Positions 16,695 through 26,082 are shown, numbered from the stretch's first letter. The stretch is DNA of 35,457 nucleotides from Acholeplasmataceae bacterium (GCA_041677585.1 JBAYPP010000001.1:1-35457); one strand, 5' to 3'. Notes: generated by a model from the sequence alone, not told the origin. Translations and numbers: made by a program.

Positions 16695-18014
16695 CTACCT
16701 TAAAATATATTGATTGATTAATGCTTCTAAGTATTCTTGTTTACCACTATCATTTTCATCAATCATTTTCTTATCCATAATATACGCTTCCAATTCCTTT
16801 AAACCGACCTTGTTTTCAACAATCTTTTTGCCGATTCCCGCTTGATAGGATTGGTATCTTTCTTTGAGATTATCTTCAAACACACGATCTTCCCAAAGTT
16901 TTGCTGCAATCTTCAAGCCTGCTGCGAAAGTATCCATTCCGGCAATGTGAGCGATAAACAAGTCTTCCGGTTTAAATGATCCTCTGCGAATCTTAGCATC
17001 AAAATTTAACCCACCGGTCTTGAACCCTCCTGCACGAATAACTTCATACATCGTTAGGATTGTGTCATAAAGGTTGGTTGGAAATTGGTCTGTATCCCAA
17101 CCAAGCAATAAGTCACCTTGGTTAGCGTCTAGACTTCCTAACAACCCTGCTTCAGCTGCAACTCTAATCTCATGGTTAACTGTATGACCAGAAAGGGTTG
17201 CGTGGTTTGTTTCAATGTTCAACTTGAAATGATCAATCAGATTATATGTTTTTAAGAATGAAATAACAGTTGCACTGTCATAATCATATTGATGTTTTGT
17301 CGGTTCTTTTGGTTTTGGTTCAATATAGAATTGACCTTTAAATTCAATTTCCTTAGCGTAATCAACTGCCATCTGCAATAATCTAGCAAAGTTGTCCTGT
17401 TCTAATTTCATATCTGTGTTTAAGAGTGTTTCATAACCTTCTCTTCCACCCCAAAATGTATACCCAAGACCATTTAAGCGATTTGTGATTTCAAGTGCTT
17501 TTTTGATTTGAGCTGCAGCATAAGCAAAGACATCGGCATTTGGGCTTGTACTTGCACCATGCATAAAGCGCTTATGTGAGAAAAGATTTGCTGTTCCCCA
17601 AAGTAGTTTGATTCCTGTTCTTTGCATCTCTTTTTCGATTAAATCAACGATGATATCGAGATTTTTGTTTGTTTCCACCAATGTGTCGCCTTGAGGTGCA
17701 ATGTCAACATCATGAAAGCAGAAATATTCAATACCAATTTTCTCCATAAACTCAAAAGCGACTTTCACTCTAATCTTTGCCTTTTCGATTGGATCATCTG
17801 TCAATAAATCCCAAGGGCGATCCATTGTTTCTTTTCCAAATGGGTCAATACCCATATACGTTAGTGTATGCCAATAAGCCATTGAAAACCTCAGGTGTTC
17901 CTTCATCGTTTTTCCTAAAACAACTTCATTGGGATTATAATACTTGAATGCCAATGGATTTTTTGATTTTGAACCCTCATATTTAATTTCCCCAATTTTT
18001 TCAAAATAGCTCAT
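16695..18014 (-). CDS. xylA: Xylose isomerase
   Basis: 439 aa. [40 protein letters not shown] and EPKPKEP are hallmark class II XylA motifs. A candidate -10 (TACAAT, minus strand, 18054-18049) overlaps the -35 of the divergent xylR promoter. Confidence 0.97.
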   Translation of the reverse strand: MSYFEKIGEIKYEGSKSKNPLAFKYYNPNEVVLGKTMKEHLRFSMAYWHTLTYMGIDPFGKETMDRPWDLLTDDPIEKAKIRVKVAFEFMEKIGIEYFCFHDVDIAPQGDTLVETNKNLDIIVDLIEKEMQRTGIKLLWGTANLFSHKRFMHGASTSPNADVFAYAAAQIKKALEITNRLNGLGYTFWGGREGYETLLNTDMKLEQDNFARLLQMAVDYAKEIEFKGQFYIEPKPKEPTKHQYDYDSATVISFLKTYNLIDHFKLNIETNHATLSGHTVNHEIRVAAEAGLLGSLDANQGDLLLGWDTDQFPTNLYDTILTMYEVIRAGGFKTGGLNFDAKIRRGSFKPEDLFIAHIAGMDTFAAGLKIAAKLWEDRVFEDNLKERYQSYQAGIGKKIVENKVGLKELEAYIMDKKMIDENDSGKQEYLEALINQYILR

Positions 18015-18049
18015 AGTGCTACCCCCTTTTTTTATATTTTTTATTGAGA

Positions 18050-18078
18050 TTGTAAAAACTTATGCTTTAAGATATAAT
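18050..18078 (+). promoter_or_regulatory. xylR promoter TTGTAA-17-TATAAT
   Basis: TTGTAA at 18050-18055, a 17-nt spacer, then TATAAT at 18073-18078, in the 87-nt divergent xylA/xylR region. Confidence 0.6.
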
Positions 18079-18101
18079 TTTAGTAAAAGGATGTGACCTT
18101 T

Positions 18102-19247
18102 ATGAAACCTTCAAACTCTCAATCAATTAAAGCCGAAAACATTCGGTTGGTTATGCGTAAATTAATCGAGTTGCGTGAAACATCACGCGTTGAACTGGCT
18201 AAGACTACAACACTAACCAAGAAAACTGTTTCGTCAATCATTAATGAATTGATTGAAAAGGATCTTGTGGTTGAAACCAATCGATGTGTCAAAACAAGTG
18301 GCAGAAGCGCTCAAGTAATTGCGTTGAATAAAAATGCGGGTCGAATAATTAGTATTGAGCTACTTACTACTTCGATTTATGGTATCATCAGTAACATTTA
18401 CGGTGAAATCCTTTATGAGGTTAGACGTGAAATTCATTCCCCTCATTTTCCACCTTATTTAAAAATCTTGTTAGAAACAATTGATGAGTTGAAAGAAAAC
18501 ACATATGTTTCACCTTACGGCTTAATCGGTATTGGTGTCGCCGTTTATGGAATTTTATCCAAAAACAAGAAAATTAAGTTTGCTCCCTTCGTATCCTGGA
18601 AGGATATTGACCTTAAGTCAATCATTGAAGAATATGTTGGTGTCAAATCATTTATTGAAAATGAGGCCAACATTTCTGCACTCGGCGAGTTAATGATGTT
18701 TCCGGATTATGACAACATAATTACGATTAATATCGGTATCGGTGTTGGAATGGGAATTATCATTAACGGCAAATTATATACCGGTGAAGATGGGTTTGCA
18801 GGTGAAATCGGTCATACGACCGTCGTTCCAAATGGAAAGGCTTGCGTCTGTGGTAATTATGGCTGCTTAGAAACTTATATTTCTGATACTGCCATTATTT
18901 CAAGTTACCACAAGGAAACCAGCAAAACTATTACGCTTGATCAATTTATTGAACTTTATAAAAATAAAGATACTACTGCTACAACGATCTATAAAGAGTT
19001 CATCAACAAGCTTTCGGTTGCCGTAAGTAACATCGCTCATCTATTCAATCCAAAGATGATTATTATTAGCAGTCAAATTGTTGAAGGTATTCCTGAATCA
19101 ATCTCTTTGATTAAAAATAACCTTCGTTCACAAATAATGAGTTTAGATGTTTTAACCGTTTCCAAACACCAATCTAAAACAAACGTTTTAGGGTTAACAC
19201 ACGCGATTATTCAAGACTTTTTAAGTGTGGATGATTATCACTTATAA
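18102..19247 (+). CDS. xylR: ROK-family transcriptional repressor (XylR-like)
   Basis: 381 aa from the ATG at 18102 (AAGGA 10 nt upstream; the GTG at 18093 abuts the RBS). N-terminal winged-helix region (SRVELAKTTTLTKKTVSSIINELIEKDLV). ROK domain with GHTTV and the CVCGNYGCLETY zinc motif. Divergent from xylA, as for Bacillus xylR. Confidence 0.85.
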   Translation: MKPSNSQSIKAENIRLVMRKLIELRETSRVELAKTTTLTKKTVSSIINELIEKDLVVETNRCVKTSGRSAQVIALNKNAGRIISIELLTTSIYGIISNIYGEILYEVRREIHSPHFPPYLKILLETIDELKENTYVSPYGLIGIGVAVYGILSKNKKIKFAPFVSWKDIDLKSIIEEYVGVKSFIENEANISALGELMMFPDYDNIITINIGIGVGMGIIINGKLYTGEDGFAGEIGHTTVVPNGKACVCGNYGCLETYISDTAIISSYHKETSKTITLDQFIELYKNKDTTATTIYKEFINKLSVAVSNIAHLFNPKMIIISSQIVEGIPESISLIKNNLRSQIMSLDVLTVSKHQSKTNVLGLTHAIIQDFLSVDDYHL

Positions 19248-19259
19248 GCATTGCATGAA

Positions 19260-19274
19260 ATGTAACCGCATTCA
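19260..19274. promoter_or_regulatory. cre-like (CcpA operator) sequence ATGTAACCGCATTCA
   Basis: Matches every fixed position of the degenerate cre consensus WTGNAANCGNWNNCW. The location is unusual: between convergent genes, 13 nt after the xylR stop. Confidence 0.4.
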
Positions 19275-19340
19275 AAGATAGTTTATCACATAAATTAAGC
19301 GGTGTAAAGTTATTTTTATGCATTATTTATCTTAGCAGAC

Positions 19341-19380
19341 AAAAAAAGCGATGTCATACTGATATTACACCGCTTTTTTG
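19341..19380. terminator. Bidirectional rho-independent terminator between xylR and the oxidoreductase gene
   Basis: AAAAAAA-AGCGATGT-(12-nt loop)-ACACCGCT-TTTTTTG. The stem is 8 bp with one mismatch. A-run upstream and T-run downstream allow it to act on both strands. Confidence 0.7.
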
Positions 19381-19383
19381 TTT

Positions 19384-20526
19384 TTACTTTGTAATCTTTT
19401 CCCATTTTCCGTCGTTTTTTGCACTTTTAACTGCTGCTGTAATGAATGAAACACCCTTTAGTCCATCTTCAACTGAAGGAACGTCATTGACTTTCAAGGC
19501 ATCATTAACACCGTTTCTATGATCAACAATTGCATTATAGAAGTTTTGATATATGTTGGAAAAAGCGATATGATATCCTTCTGGATGTCCGGCTGGTACT
19601 CGGCTTTGATCTCTTAGTCCTTCCGCAATGAAGTCTTGACCACGAACAAGTTTTTGTGTCGCCTCTTTGCGTTTAGTGTAGTAAACGACATCCGGTATTT
19701 CTTGATTCCACTCTAAAGAGCCTTCGCTGCCAAAAATTTGAATATTGAAGTCATTTAGTTTACCCCAAGCAATTTGGGATACCCAGTAGCGACCTTTAAC
19801 TTTGTTTTCGTACTCAACATGCATCATTGTATTAACATCCAGTGGTTGACCAAATGTATCCATAATCGCTGAGACGCGTTCAATATCTAGATCCGTTAAG
19901 TAGCGAACCATATACTCAATGTGTGATCCAATATCACCAACTGAATTGGAAATGCCAGTATATTCCGGTCGCATCCGCCACGGTTTTTGATCAGATTTTG
20001 GATGAATGACATCTTCCAGCAGCCAGCCTTGGATATATCTAGAATCAATTGTCAAGATTTTACCAATATCGCCTCTTTTAATCATATCTTTCATTAAAGG
20101 AATCATTGCGTAGCCTTGATATGCATAAGCAACAGCGAACAATAAACCCTTTTGATCAGCGATTTTTTTCAGTTTTTGGGCTTCTTCAACCGTAAAGGTT
20201 AACGGCTTTTCACATAAAACATGATAACCGGCTTCCAAAAATGCCTTTGATGCTTCATAGTGTGTGTTATTGGGAGTAACAACCGAAACAAAGTCCGCCT
20301 TATCTTTACGATCTTCTTCTTGTTCAATCATTTCCTGATAAGTTGAATACATCCGTTTTGGATCAAGATTGACAAATTCTGCCGTTTGTTTGTTTTTCGT
20401 TTCGTTTCGACTGAAACAACCAGCCACTAATTCCATATTGGGATTAAATCCGGCGCCAATGCGATGGACTTTACCAATAAAGGCGTCCTCACTGCCGCCA
20501 AACATTGCGTATCTTACTTTTTTCAT
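19384..20526 (-). CDS. Gfo/Idh/MocA-family NAD(P)-dependent sugar oxidoreductase
   Basis: 380 aa. N-terminal Rossmann region MKKVRYAMFGGSEDAFIGKVHR...LVAG, and the EKP motif (VLCEKPLTF) typical of the family. Substrate not inferable. Confidence 0.88.
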   Translation of the reverse strand: MKKVRYAMFGGSEDAFIGKVHRIGAGFNPNMELVAGCFSRNETKNKQTAEFVNLDPKRMYSTYQEMIEQEEDRKDKADFVSVVTPNNTHYEASKAFLEAGYHVLCEKPLTFTVEEAQKLKKIADQKGLLFAVAYAYQGYAMIPLMKDMIKRGDIGKILTIDSRYIQGWLLEDVIHPKSDQKPWRMRPEYTGISNSVGDIGSHIEYMVRYLTDLDIERVSAIMDTFGQPLDVNTMMHVEYENKVKGRYWVSQIAWGKLNDFNIQIFGSEGSLEWNQEIPDVVYYTKRKEATQKLVRGQDFIAEGLRDQSRVPAGHPEGYHIAFSNIYQNFYNAIVDHRNGVNDALKVNDVPSVEDGLKGVSFITAAVKSAKNDGKWEKITK

Positions 20527-20530
20527 TTTT

Positions 20531-21502
20531 TCATTCTCCTTTTTCCTGAATCTGAAAAATTATTTTTTCAAAATAAGTTTGATTCTTATCATAGATAATA
20601 TTTGAAAAATTACGGTGATTGATTGCGTCTGTTTCAAACTGACACTCCAATGCGATTCCTTTATACTTGCTAGGTTTTTTTCCATCAAGCAGTTTTTGGT
20701 TCGGTGGAAAACCCATTGTATAGACTTGAACAGCCGGATAAGTTGTTGTCACAATTAGTTTTAAATCTGCTGCTGCTAATTCAATTTCGTATGGTTCATC
20801 CAATAAATAACAATGATCAAGACCTTGATATTGGTTCGTATTTAAAGCTGGATCTAAAAAGATATCTTTGATCGTCTGTGCTTTTCTCAAATCCATTTTT
20901 GTGTTAGACGCATCAACGATTTCACCAGTCACAGCATTTGTCGCATCCGCCATTAAGTAGCGATGGCTGCTTATTTTTAGTCTGTGATTTAAAATGGTTT
21001 GTTCACCTGACAAATTAAAATAAGTGTGGTTTGTCAAATTAATGATTGTTTTCTTAGTCGTGCTCGCTTGATATTGAATTTCCAAACCATCATCGTGTAA
21101 AAGATAAGTTACTGTTACCCATAGATCGCCTGGGAAACCAGCTTCTAGGTCTTTTTCAATATGTTTAAAGGTGATTTTGCTATTATCGCTATAATCCACT
21201 TGAAATACTTGATTCCAAAGACCTTTTGGACCACCGTGACCAGCATTTAAGTTGTTGTCAAAGTTTTTTTCTAATTGATACAACTGATTATCAAGATAAA
21301 ATTTTCCGTCTCTAATTCTGTTTGTTACACGACCGATTGTCGTTCCTAAAAAAGCAGAATCACTGCTTTTATAATCATCTAAATCAGCGTTTGTTAAAAC
21401 AATGTTTCTGTTCTTTGATTTAACAATCCATTGATAGATTGTCGCACCGTGATTTAAAAAGATGATCTGATGATTCCTATTTTCCAAAACTAGCTTTTGC
21501 AT
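20531..21502 (-). CDS. galM: Aldose 1-epimerase (mutarotase)
   Basis: 323 aa with GAGGTG upstream. GTTIGRVTNRI, LNAGHGGPKG and NHTYFNL are characteristic mutarotase motifs. Forms a 2-gene unit with the oxidoreductase (4-nt gap). Confidence 0.9.
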   Translation of the reverse strand: MQKLVLENRNHQIIFLNHGATIYQWIVKSKNRNIVLTNADLDDYKSSDSAFLGTTIGRVTNRIRDGKFYLDNQLYQLEKNFDNNLNAGHGGPKGLWNQVFQVDYSDNSKITFKHIEKDLEAGFPGDLWVTVTYLLHDDGLEIQYQASTTKKTIINLTNHTYFNLSGEQTILNHRLKISSHRYLMADATNAVTGEIVDASNTKMDLRKAQTIKDIFLDPALNTNQYQGLDHCYLLDEPYEIELAAADLKLIVTTTYPAVQVYTMGFPPNQKLLDGKKPSKYKGIALECQFETDAINHRNFSNIIYDKNQTYFEKIIFQIQEKGE

Positions 21503-21581
21503 AAAACACCTCTTTGTTTCATTCTAACACAAACTAAGAAGAAAGCACGAATCGCCTTTAGTTTACTTTTTTTTAGATCGG

Positions 21582-22112
21582 CTAGACTAAATCCAATCTG
21601 CCTCTAAATCCTCTCGCACCATAATAAGAATCAGCCCCATTATGATAAATAAAAACATGTTGATAACGACAGTCACCAAAGATTGCTCCACCTAGTTTTC
21701 TAATCTCAGGCGGTGTAACAATCCAACTTGAGGTTTTTAAGTCCAATGGTTCGATTGCTTGAATATGTTTATATTCTTTTTCGCTTAATAAAGCTATTCC
21801 CATCTTTTCAGCCTCATCGACGACATTGCCTGATGGTTTGTTTTCCTTGCGTTTATCTAACGCTTCTTTGTCATAGCATAAGCTTCTTCTGCCAAGTGGA
21901 CTTTCTTTTGCAAAATCAACAAAACTTAAAGTCTTTCCATCAAATGAAACAACATCCGGCTCCCCATTTGTTTCTTCCATTAACTGTAATGTTTTTAGCA
22001 CTTTTTGATTGAATAATAACTTTTCTTTAACTTCATCCCAAGTAACATTAGGATGACGATGCATATTTTCTTTAAACCGTTTTTCTAGAGTTAAAAATAA
22101 TTCGTTGTTCAT
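21582..22112 (-). CDS. DUF4256-family protein (function unknown)
   Basis: 176 aa with AAGGAGG upstream. NGEPDVV, GRRSLCYD, TSSW..TP..IRKLGGA and YHNGA.SYY.ARGFRG match my recollection of the conserved DUF4256 pattern. Monocistronic, with its own extended -10. Confidence 0.75.
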   Translation of the reverse strand: MNNELFLTLEKRFKENMHRHPNVTWDEVKEKLLFNQKVLKTLQLMEETNGEPDVVSFDGKTLSFVDFAKESPLGRRSLCYDKEALDKRKENKPSGNVVDEAEKMGIALLSEKEYKHIQAIEPLDLKTSSWIVTPPEIRKLGGAIFGDCRYQHVFIYHNGADSYYGARGFRGRLDLV

Positions 22113-22282
22113 TTATCTTAATCCTCCTTATATTGTTTATGTTATACTAACACAACAATTCAAATTGACAAAATTAACATTCTGATTTTCCAATTATATT
22201 GAAGTAATAAAAAATCCCGCATTTAACAGACACATATTTTCATGCATCTTATAGGTCAAGGGATTTTAATTATTGCTGTTTC

Positions 22283-22720
22283 TTATTTTTCAAAATCACT
22301 AATCAATTCAACTCTTTTTTGATGCCTTCCACCTTGGAAGCTGGCTCCTAACCAAGACTTAACAATCAGCTTGGCAACTTCAAGACCGATAACTCTTGAG
22401 CCTAAGCATAGAATGTTACTGTTATTATGCTCTCTTGAGGCAATTGCTGAAAATACTTCGCTTACAGCTGCAGCTCTAATACCTTTAAACTTGTTTGCCG
22501 TAATTGACATTCCCACACCCGTTCCACAGATAAGAACACCTAAATCGGCATCATTTTTCCTAACTGCTCTGGCAACACGACCCGCCAATAGAGGGTAATC
22601 AACACTATCTTTTGTATGTGTGCCATGATCTTCTACTTCGTGACCTAATGATACGATATATTCGATCAGATCTTGTTTTAAGTCAACTCCTGCATGATCT
22701 GCTCCGATTGCTATTTTCAT
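22283..22720 (-). CDS. rpiB: Ribose-5-phosphate isomerase B / LacAB-family sugar-phosphate isomerase
   Basis: 145 aa. MKIAIGADHAG..., ICGTGVGMSI.ANK and HNNSNILCLG are RpiB/LacA/LacB signatures. The start overlaps the upstream ROK kinase stop by 4 nt (ATGA). Confidence 0.9.
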   Translation of the reverse strand: MKIAIGADHAGVDLKQDLIEYIVSLGHEVEDHGTHTKDSVDYPLLAGRVARAVRKNDADLGVLICGTGVGMSITANKFKGIRAAAVSEVFSAIASREHNNSNILCLGSRVIGLEVAKLIVKSWLGASFQGGRHQKRVELISDFEK

Positions 22721-23613
22721 TTTTTATTCCTCATTTCATAAAATGCGTATTGGGCTGCCCCACTTATACCATCTTCTTTTTCTGCTCGTGCATAATAGAT
22801 TTTTAAATTTTCTCTTGTACGATCGCTTCTTAATTTACTTAAGATCAGTTTCTTTAATAAATCATGTGGAAAGTCTTGCATTGTCAAGACACCGCCACCT
22901 AAAACGATTGAAGTTACGTCTAAGATTGCAATTGCTGATGCAATTCCGTTTGCGATTAATTCGATAAACGTTTGAATAACTTCCGTTTCTAAATAATCAG
23001 TAAAGATATCATCTAAGTCTGTGCCAGGAAAATACTCTTCATGTAACTCTTTCAGTCTTTTTCCGGATGCTACTGTCTCAAGACAGCCGATATTACCGCA
23101 TCCACAAACTAACGTTCCACCAAGAACAGGAATATGACCGATTTCACCTGCACTACCATGATCACCTGTAAACAATCTGCCGTTTAAATAGACTGCACCG
23201 CCAAAGCCGGTTCCAACATAAAAACCTAGTACATTTTCCCGGTTGCCTAAACCAAAGTAATGTAAATCGTGTACTAATAAAAAGTTAACATCATTACCAA
23301 TAAAGACCGGCAGATTTAGTTCTTTTTCCATCTTCTTAAGATACTTTCCTTCAAATTGATGATGATTTGGAACAGAAATAACCCATTTTTTGTTTGCGTC
23401 TACTAAACCAGGAAAACCAATTGAAACAGCAATGATGTTGTAATTTGCTTGATGTTTAGCTCTATACTCGGCAACAAATTCAATAAAACGTGGTGAAACA
23501 AGGCTGCTTTTATGTTTTTCAGCATGCATTACGTAACCATCTTTTGTTGCTAGCCCTATTCTTGTATTAGACCCACCAACATCAATACCAATAACAACCT
23601 TCGGTCTTCTCAT
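22717..23613 (-). CDS. ROK-family sugar kinase (glucokinase-like)
   Basis: 298 aa. IGIDVGGSNTRIG ATP-binding motif, GHI, and the CGCGNIGCLET zinc motif. No N-terminal HTH, so a kinase rather than a repressor. An extended -10 (TGgTATAAT, minus strand, 23648-23656) lies upstream. Confidence 0.88.
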   Translation of the reverse strand: MRRPKVVIGIDVGGSNTRIGLATKDGYVMHAEKHKSSLVSPRFIEFVAEYRAKHQANYNIIAVSIGFPGLVDANKKWVISVPNHHQFEGKYLKKMEKELNLPVFIGNDVNFLLVHDLHYFGLGNRENVLGFYVGTGFGGAVYLNGRLFTGDHGSAGEIGHIPVLGGTLVCGCGNIGCLETVASGKRLKELHEEYFPGTDLDDIFTDYLETEVIQTFIELIANGIASAIAILDVTSIVLGGGVLTMQDFPHDLLKKLILSKLRSDRTRENLKIYYARAEKEDGISGAAQYAFYEMRNKK

Positions 23614-23689
23614 ATCTATCTATTCCCCTCTATTGATCTTTACCAACATTATACCATTTTTTTTGGGGTAATTGTCTTCCTTTAATAGG

Positions 23690-24622
23690 CTATTTGCTCA
23701 TAAACAATTGATCAATTGCTCGGTAATCATTGTCATCTAATTGAATTGAATCCGCTTTTAGATTATCTTCTACTTGTAAAACTGTTTTAGCACCCGGAAT
23801 AATCGCCGTAACAAATGGATTTTTTAAATACCAAGCTAAAACCAAAGTAGCTACGCTAACATTATATCTTTCAGCGATTGGTCTTAACTGATCAATCTTT
23901 TTCATGATATTGCTAAACCTTCTACCCCTAAAATTAGGGTTATTGGCTCTGCGGTCATATTCCGGAAAAACACTATTTTTGTTGTATTTCCCGGTTAGCA
24001 ATCCAGAAGCTAGTGGTGTATAAGGAATATAGGAGATATTGTTAGCCTTTAAATATTCAAAGAATTCTCTTTCATCATTGCGGTGAATAAGATTGTATCT
24101 GTTTTGAATTACATCGACATAACCGTCTTGATTTGCCTCTTTAAGTTGTTCCAAAGTAAAGTTAGAAACACCAATAGCTTTAATCAAGCCAATTTCTTTT
24201 AGCTCTTGCAGTGCCTTAATGGCCAATCTTTTATCGGTTGTTTCATCCGGTTGATGGATGTAATAAAGATCTATATAATCTGTTTTTAAGCGACGAATGG
24301 ATTTTTTTACTTCTTCTTTTAAGAAAAGTGGGTCATTGCTAGGTTGTTTTGTCTGATCATCGTAACTTGCTTTTGATGCTATAACTAGATTTTTTCTTGG
24401 AAACTCCTGGATAATATCACCAATTACTTCCTCTCCTCGACCCATACCATACAAATAAGCCGTATCAATAAAATTACCACCGGCTCTTAAATATGTTCTT
24501 AGAACGCTAATCGCTTCTGTTTCGCTCAAATGTTGATAAAGATTATGTCCGCCAACCGTATTGGCTCCAAAGCCTATCTCTGTGACATAAACATCAGATT
24601 TACCTAATTGTATTTTTTTCAT
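23690..24622 (-). CDS. Aldo/keto reductase
   Basis: 310 aa with AAGGAGG upstream. FIDTAYLYG, DLYYIHQPD and GVSNF motifs (AKR11/YhdN-like pattern). Confidence 0.92.
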   Translation of the reverse strand: MKKIQLGKSDVYVTEIGFGANTVGGHNLYQHLSETEAISVLRTYLRAGGNFIDTAYLYGMGRGEEVIGDIIQEFPRKNLVIASKASYDDQTKQPSNDPLFLKEEVKKSIRRLKTDYIDLYYIHQPDETTDKRLAIKALQELKEIGLIKAIGVSNFTLEQLKEANQDGYVDVIQNRYNLIHRNDEREFFEYLKANNISYIPYTPLASGLLTGKYNKNSVFPEYDRRANNPNFRGRRFSNIMKKIDQLRPIAERYNVSVATLVLAWYLKNPFVTAIIPGAKTVLQVEDNLKADSIQLDDNDYRAIDQLFMSK

Positions 24623-24698
24623 TTTTCTTCCTCCTTTTAGCTTATAAGTCTTCCCACCTTATCTTCACTATATCATATTTTATTTTGAATAATAGTAT

Positions 24699-24724
24699 AA
24701 AAACATTCTAATTTGAATGTTTTT
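24699..24724 (-). terminator. Rho-independent terminator after ktrB
   Basis: AAAAACATTC-TAATTT-GAATGTTTTT (10-bp stem). On the minus strand it runs into TTTTTATAC. It lies 23 nt after the ktrB stop. Confidence 0.75.
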
Positions 24725-24746
24725 ATTATAATCTCTGGTGATTTAA

Positions 24747-26081
24747 TTAGCCAATCATAAGTTTTTCTTCCACATAACGGACATGTGAACTCTCACGATT
24801 TGTATTGCTTTTCCAAATATAAAGAATCGTAAATACACCAATTCGACCAATGAACATGACAATCATTAGCATCACCTTACTTGCGATCTGCAGCGATTGT
24901 GTTAAGTTTAATGAAAGCCCAGCCGTTGAAAATGTACTTACGCTCAAAAAGAGCGCCCTTTCTAAATCAAATGCTTCAAGTGTCATCAAAAAGATCGTTA
25001 AAATCAAAATAATCGCTATGGCAATAAACAATAAAACAAATGCTTTTGTTTTTGTTTGCTCACTTATTTTTCTGCCATATGTTATCGCTGGCTTTCCGTT
25101 TACATAGCCTTGGAATGTTTTAAATAGCGTATATGCCGTAGTTACTTTAATACCGCCTGCACTTGATGAAGATCCGGCCCCAATAAACATTAACATCATC
25201 AAGATCAAAAGACTTATTGATGAAAAATGAAGGGTATCAATCGTATTGAAACCGGCGGTTCGAGCGGAAACACTATGAAATAGTGCTTGAAGCCAAGTAA
25301 TGTTATGTTCCGTTGTTGCCTGGGCTAGCTTTAAGGAAAGCGTTCCGAAGACAATCAATATTAAAGTCATCTTTAAAACAATTTTTGAATGAAGCGATAG
25401 TTTTCTAAAACTTCTTTTTGTAAATACATCATATATAACGACAAATCCCAATCCACCTAAGATGATTAGCAGGATTGTGTTTATGTTTAGCAGTACATTA
25501 TCTTGAAATAACACTAACTGATTACTTAACCCTAAAATATCCGTTCCCGCATTATTAAAGGCGGAAATCGAATGAAACACACTGACGCCGATCGCTTTGC
25601 CAATTGAATCATAATGGGGGATAAAGACAATCAAATTGACGATTGTTCCCGCTAATTCAACCGCAAACGAAGTTATAATGATTATTTTGATTAGCCTTAC
25701 CATGCCACTTAAACTGTTTTGGTTCATTGATTCTTTGACTAAAACACGATTATTCAATCCAATCTTAACATCCAGTAGAATCATAATAAAAACGGTGATT
25801 GAGATAATACTGATTCCACCGATCTGAATCAACGAGGCGACTATGATTTTACCGTATGTCGAAAGAGTCGTTCCTAAATCAGAGACTGGTGTAAATCCCG
25901 TTAATGTCACAGATGATGTTGATAGAAAAAACGCATCCACAAGTGATAAACTCGTATTATTACTTGTCGCAGCCGGAATCAGCAGCAAAAGCGTGCCGAC
26001 AACGATGACACCTAAAAAGGACAAAACAATAATCATGTATGGTGAAAGACGAAGCTTTTTCTTCTTTGATTGTGCTTGCAT
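24747..26081 (-). CDS. ktrB: Ktr/Trk-type potassium uptake membrane subunit
   Basis: 444 aa. Polytopic, with repeated pore-loop-like TGF/AGF/GGI motifs (SVTLTGFTP, SARTAGFNT, SSSAGGIKV, STFSTAGLS) typical of TrkH/KtrB. Confidence 0.9.
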   Translation of the reverse strand: MQAQSKKKKLRLSPYMIIVLSFLGVIVVGTLLLLIPAATSNNTSLSLVDAFFLSTSSVTLTGFTPVSDLGTTLSTYGKIIVASLIQIGGISIISITVFIMILLDVKIGLNNRVLVKESMNQNSLSGMVRLIKIIIITSFAVELAGTIVNLIVFIPHYDSIGKAIGVSVFHSISAFNNAGTDILGLSNQLVLFQDNVLLNINTILLIILGGLGFVVIYDVFTKRSFRKLSLHSKIVLKMTLILIVFGTLSLKLAQATTEHNITWLQALFHSVSARTAGFNTIDTLHFSSISLLILMMLMFIGAGSSSSAGGIKVTTAYTLFKTFQGYVNGKPAITYGRKISEQTKTKAFVLLFIAIAIILILTIFLMTLEAFDLERALFLSVSTFSTAGLSLNLTQSLQIASKVMLMIVMFIGRIGVFTILYIWKSNTNRESSHVRYVEEKLMIG

Positions 26082-26082
26082 A

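Noticed and set aside
18015-18101. Looked for a palindromic XylR operator and a cre site in the xylA/xylR divergent region.
   Set aside because: Only trivial AT-rich mini-palindromes are present (TTTTAGTAAAA, CTTA-N5-TAAG). Nothing resembles the Bacillus xylO inverted repeat or a CG-centred cre, so no operator is claimed.
22211-22267. AAAATCCC ... GGGATTTT pairing (8 bp, 41-nt loop) downstream of rpiB, considered as a structured RNA, plus a 17-codon ORF (MHENMCLLNAGFFITSI) within it.
   Set aside because: It is most simply a weak, large-loop terminator for rpiB, since it is followed by a T-run on the minus strand. The small ORF has no RBS. No known RNA motif was recognised.
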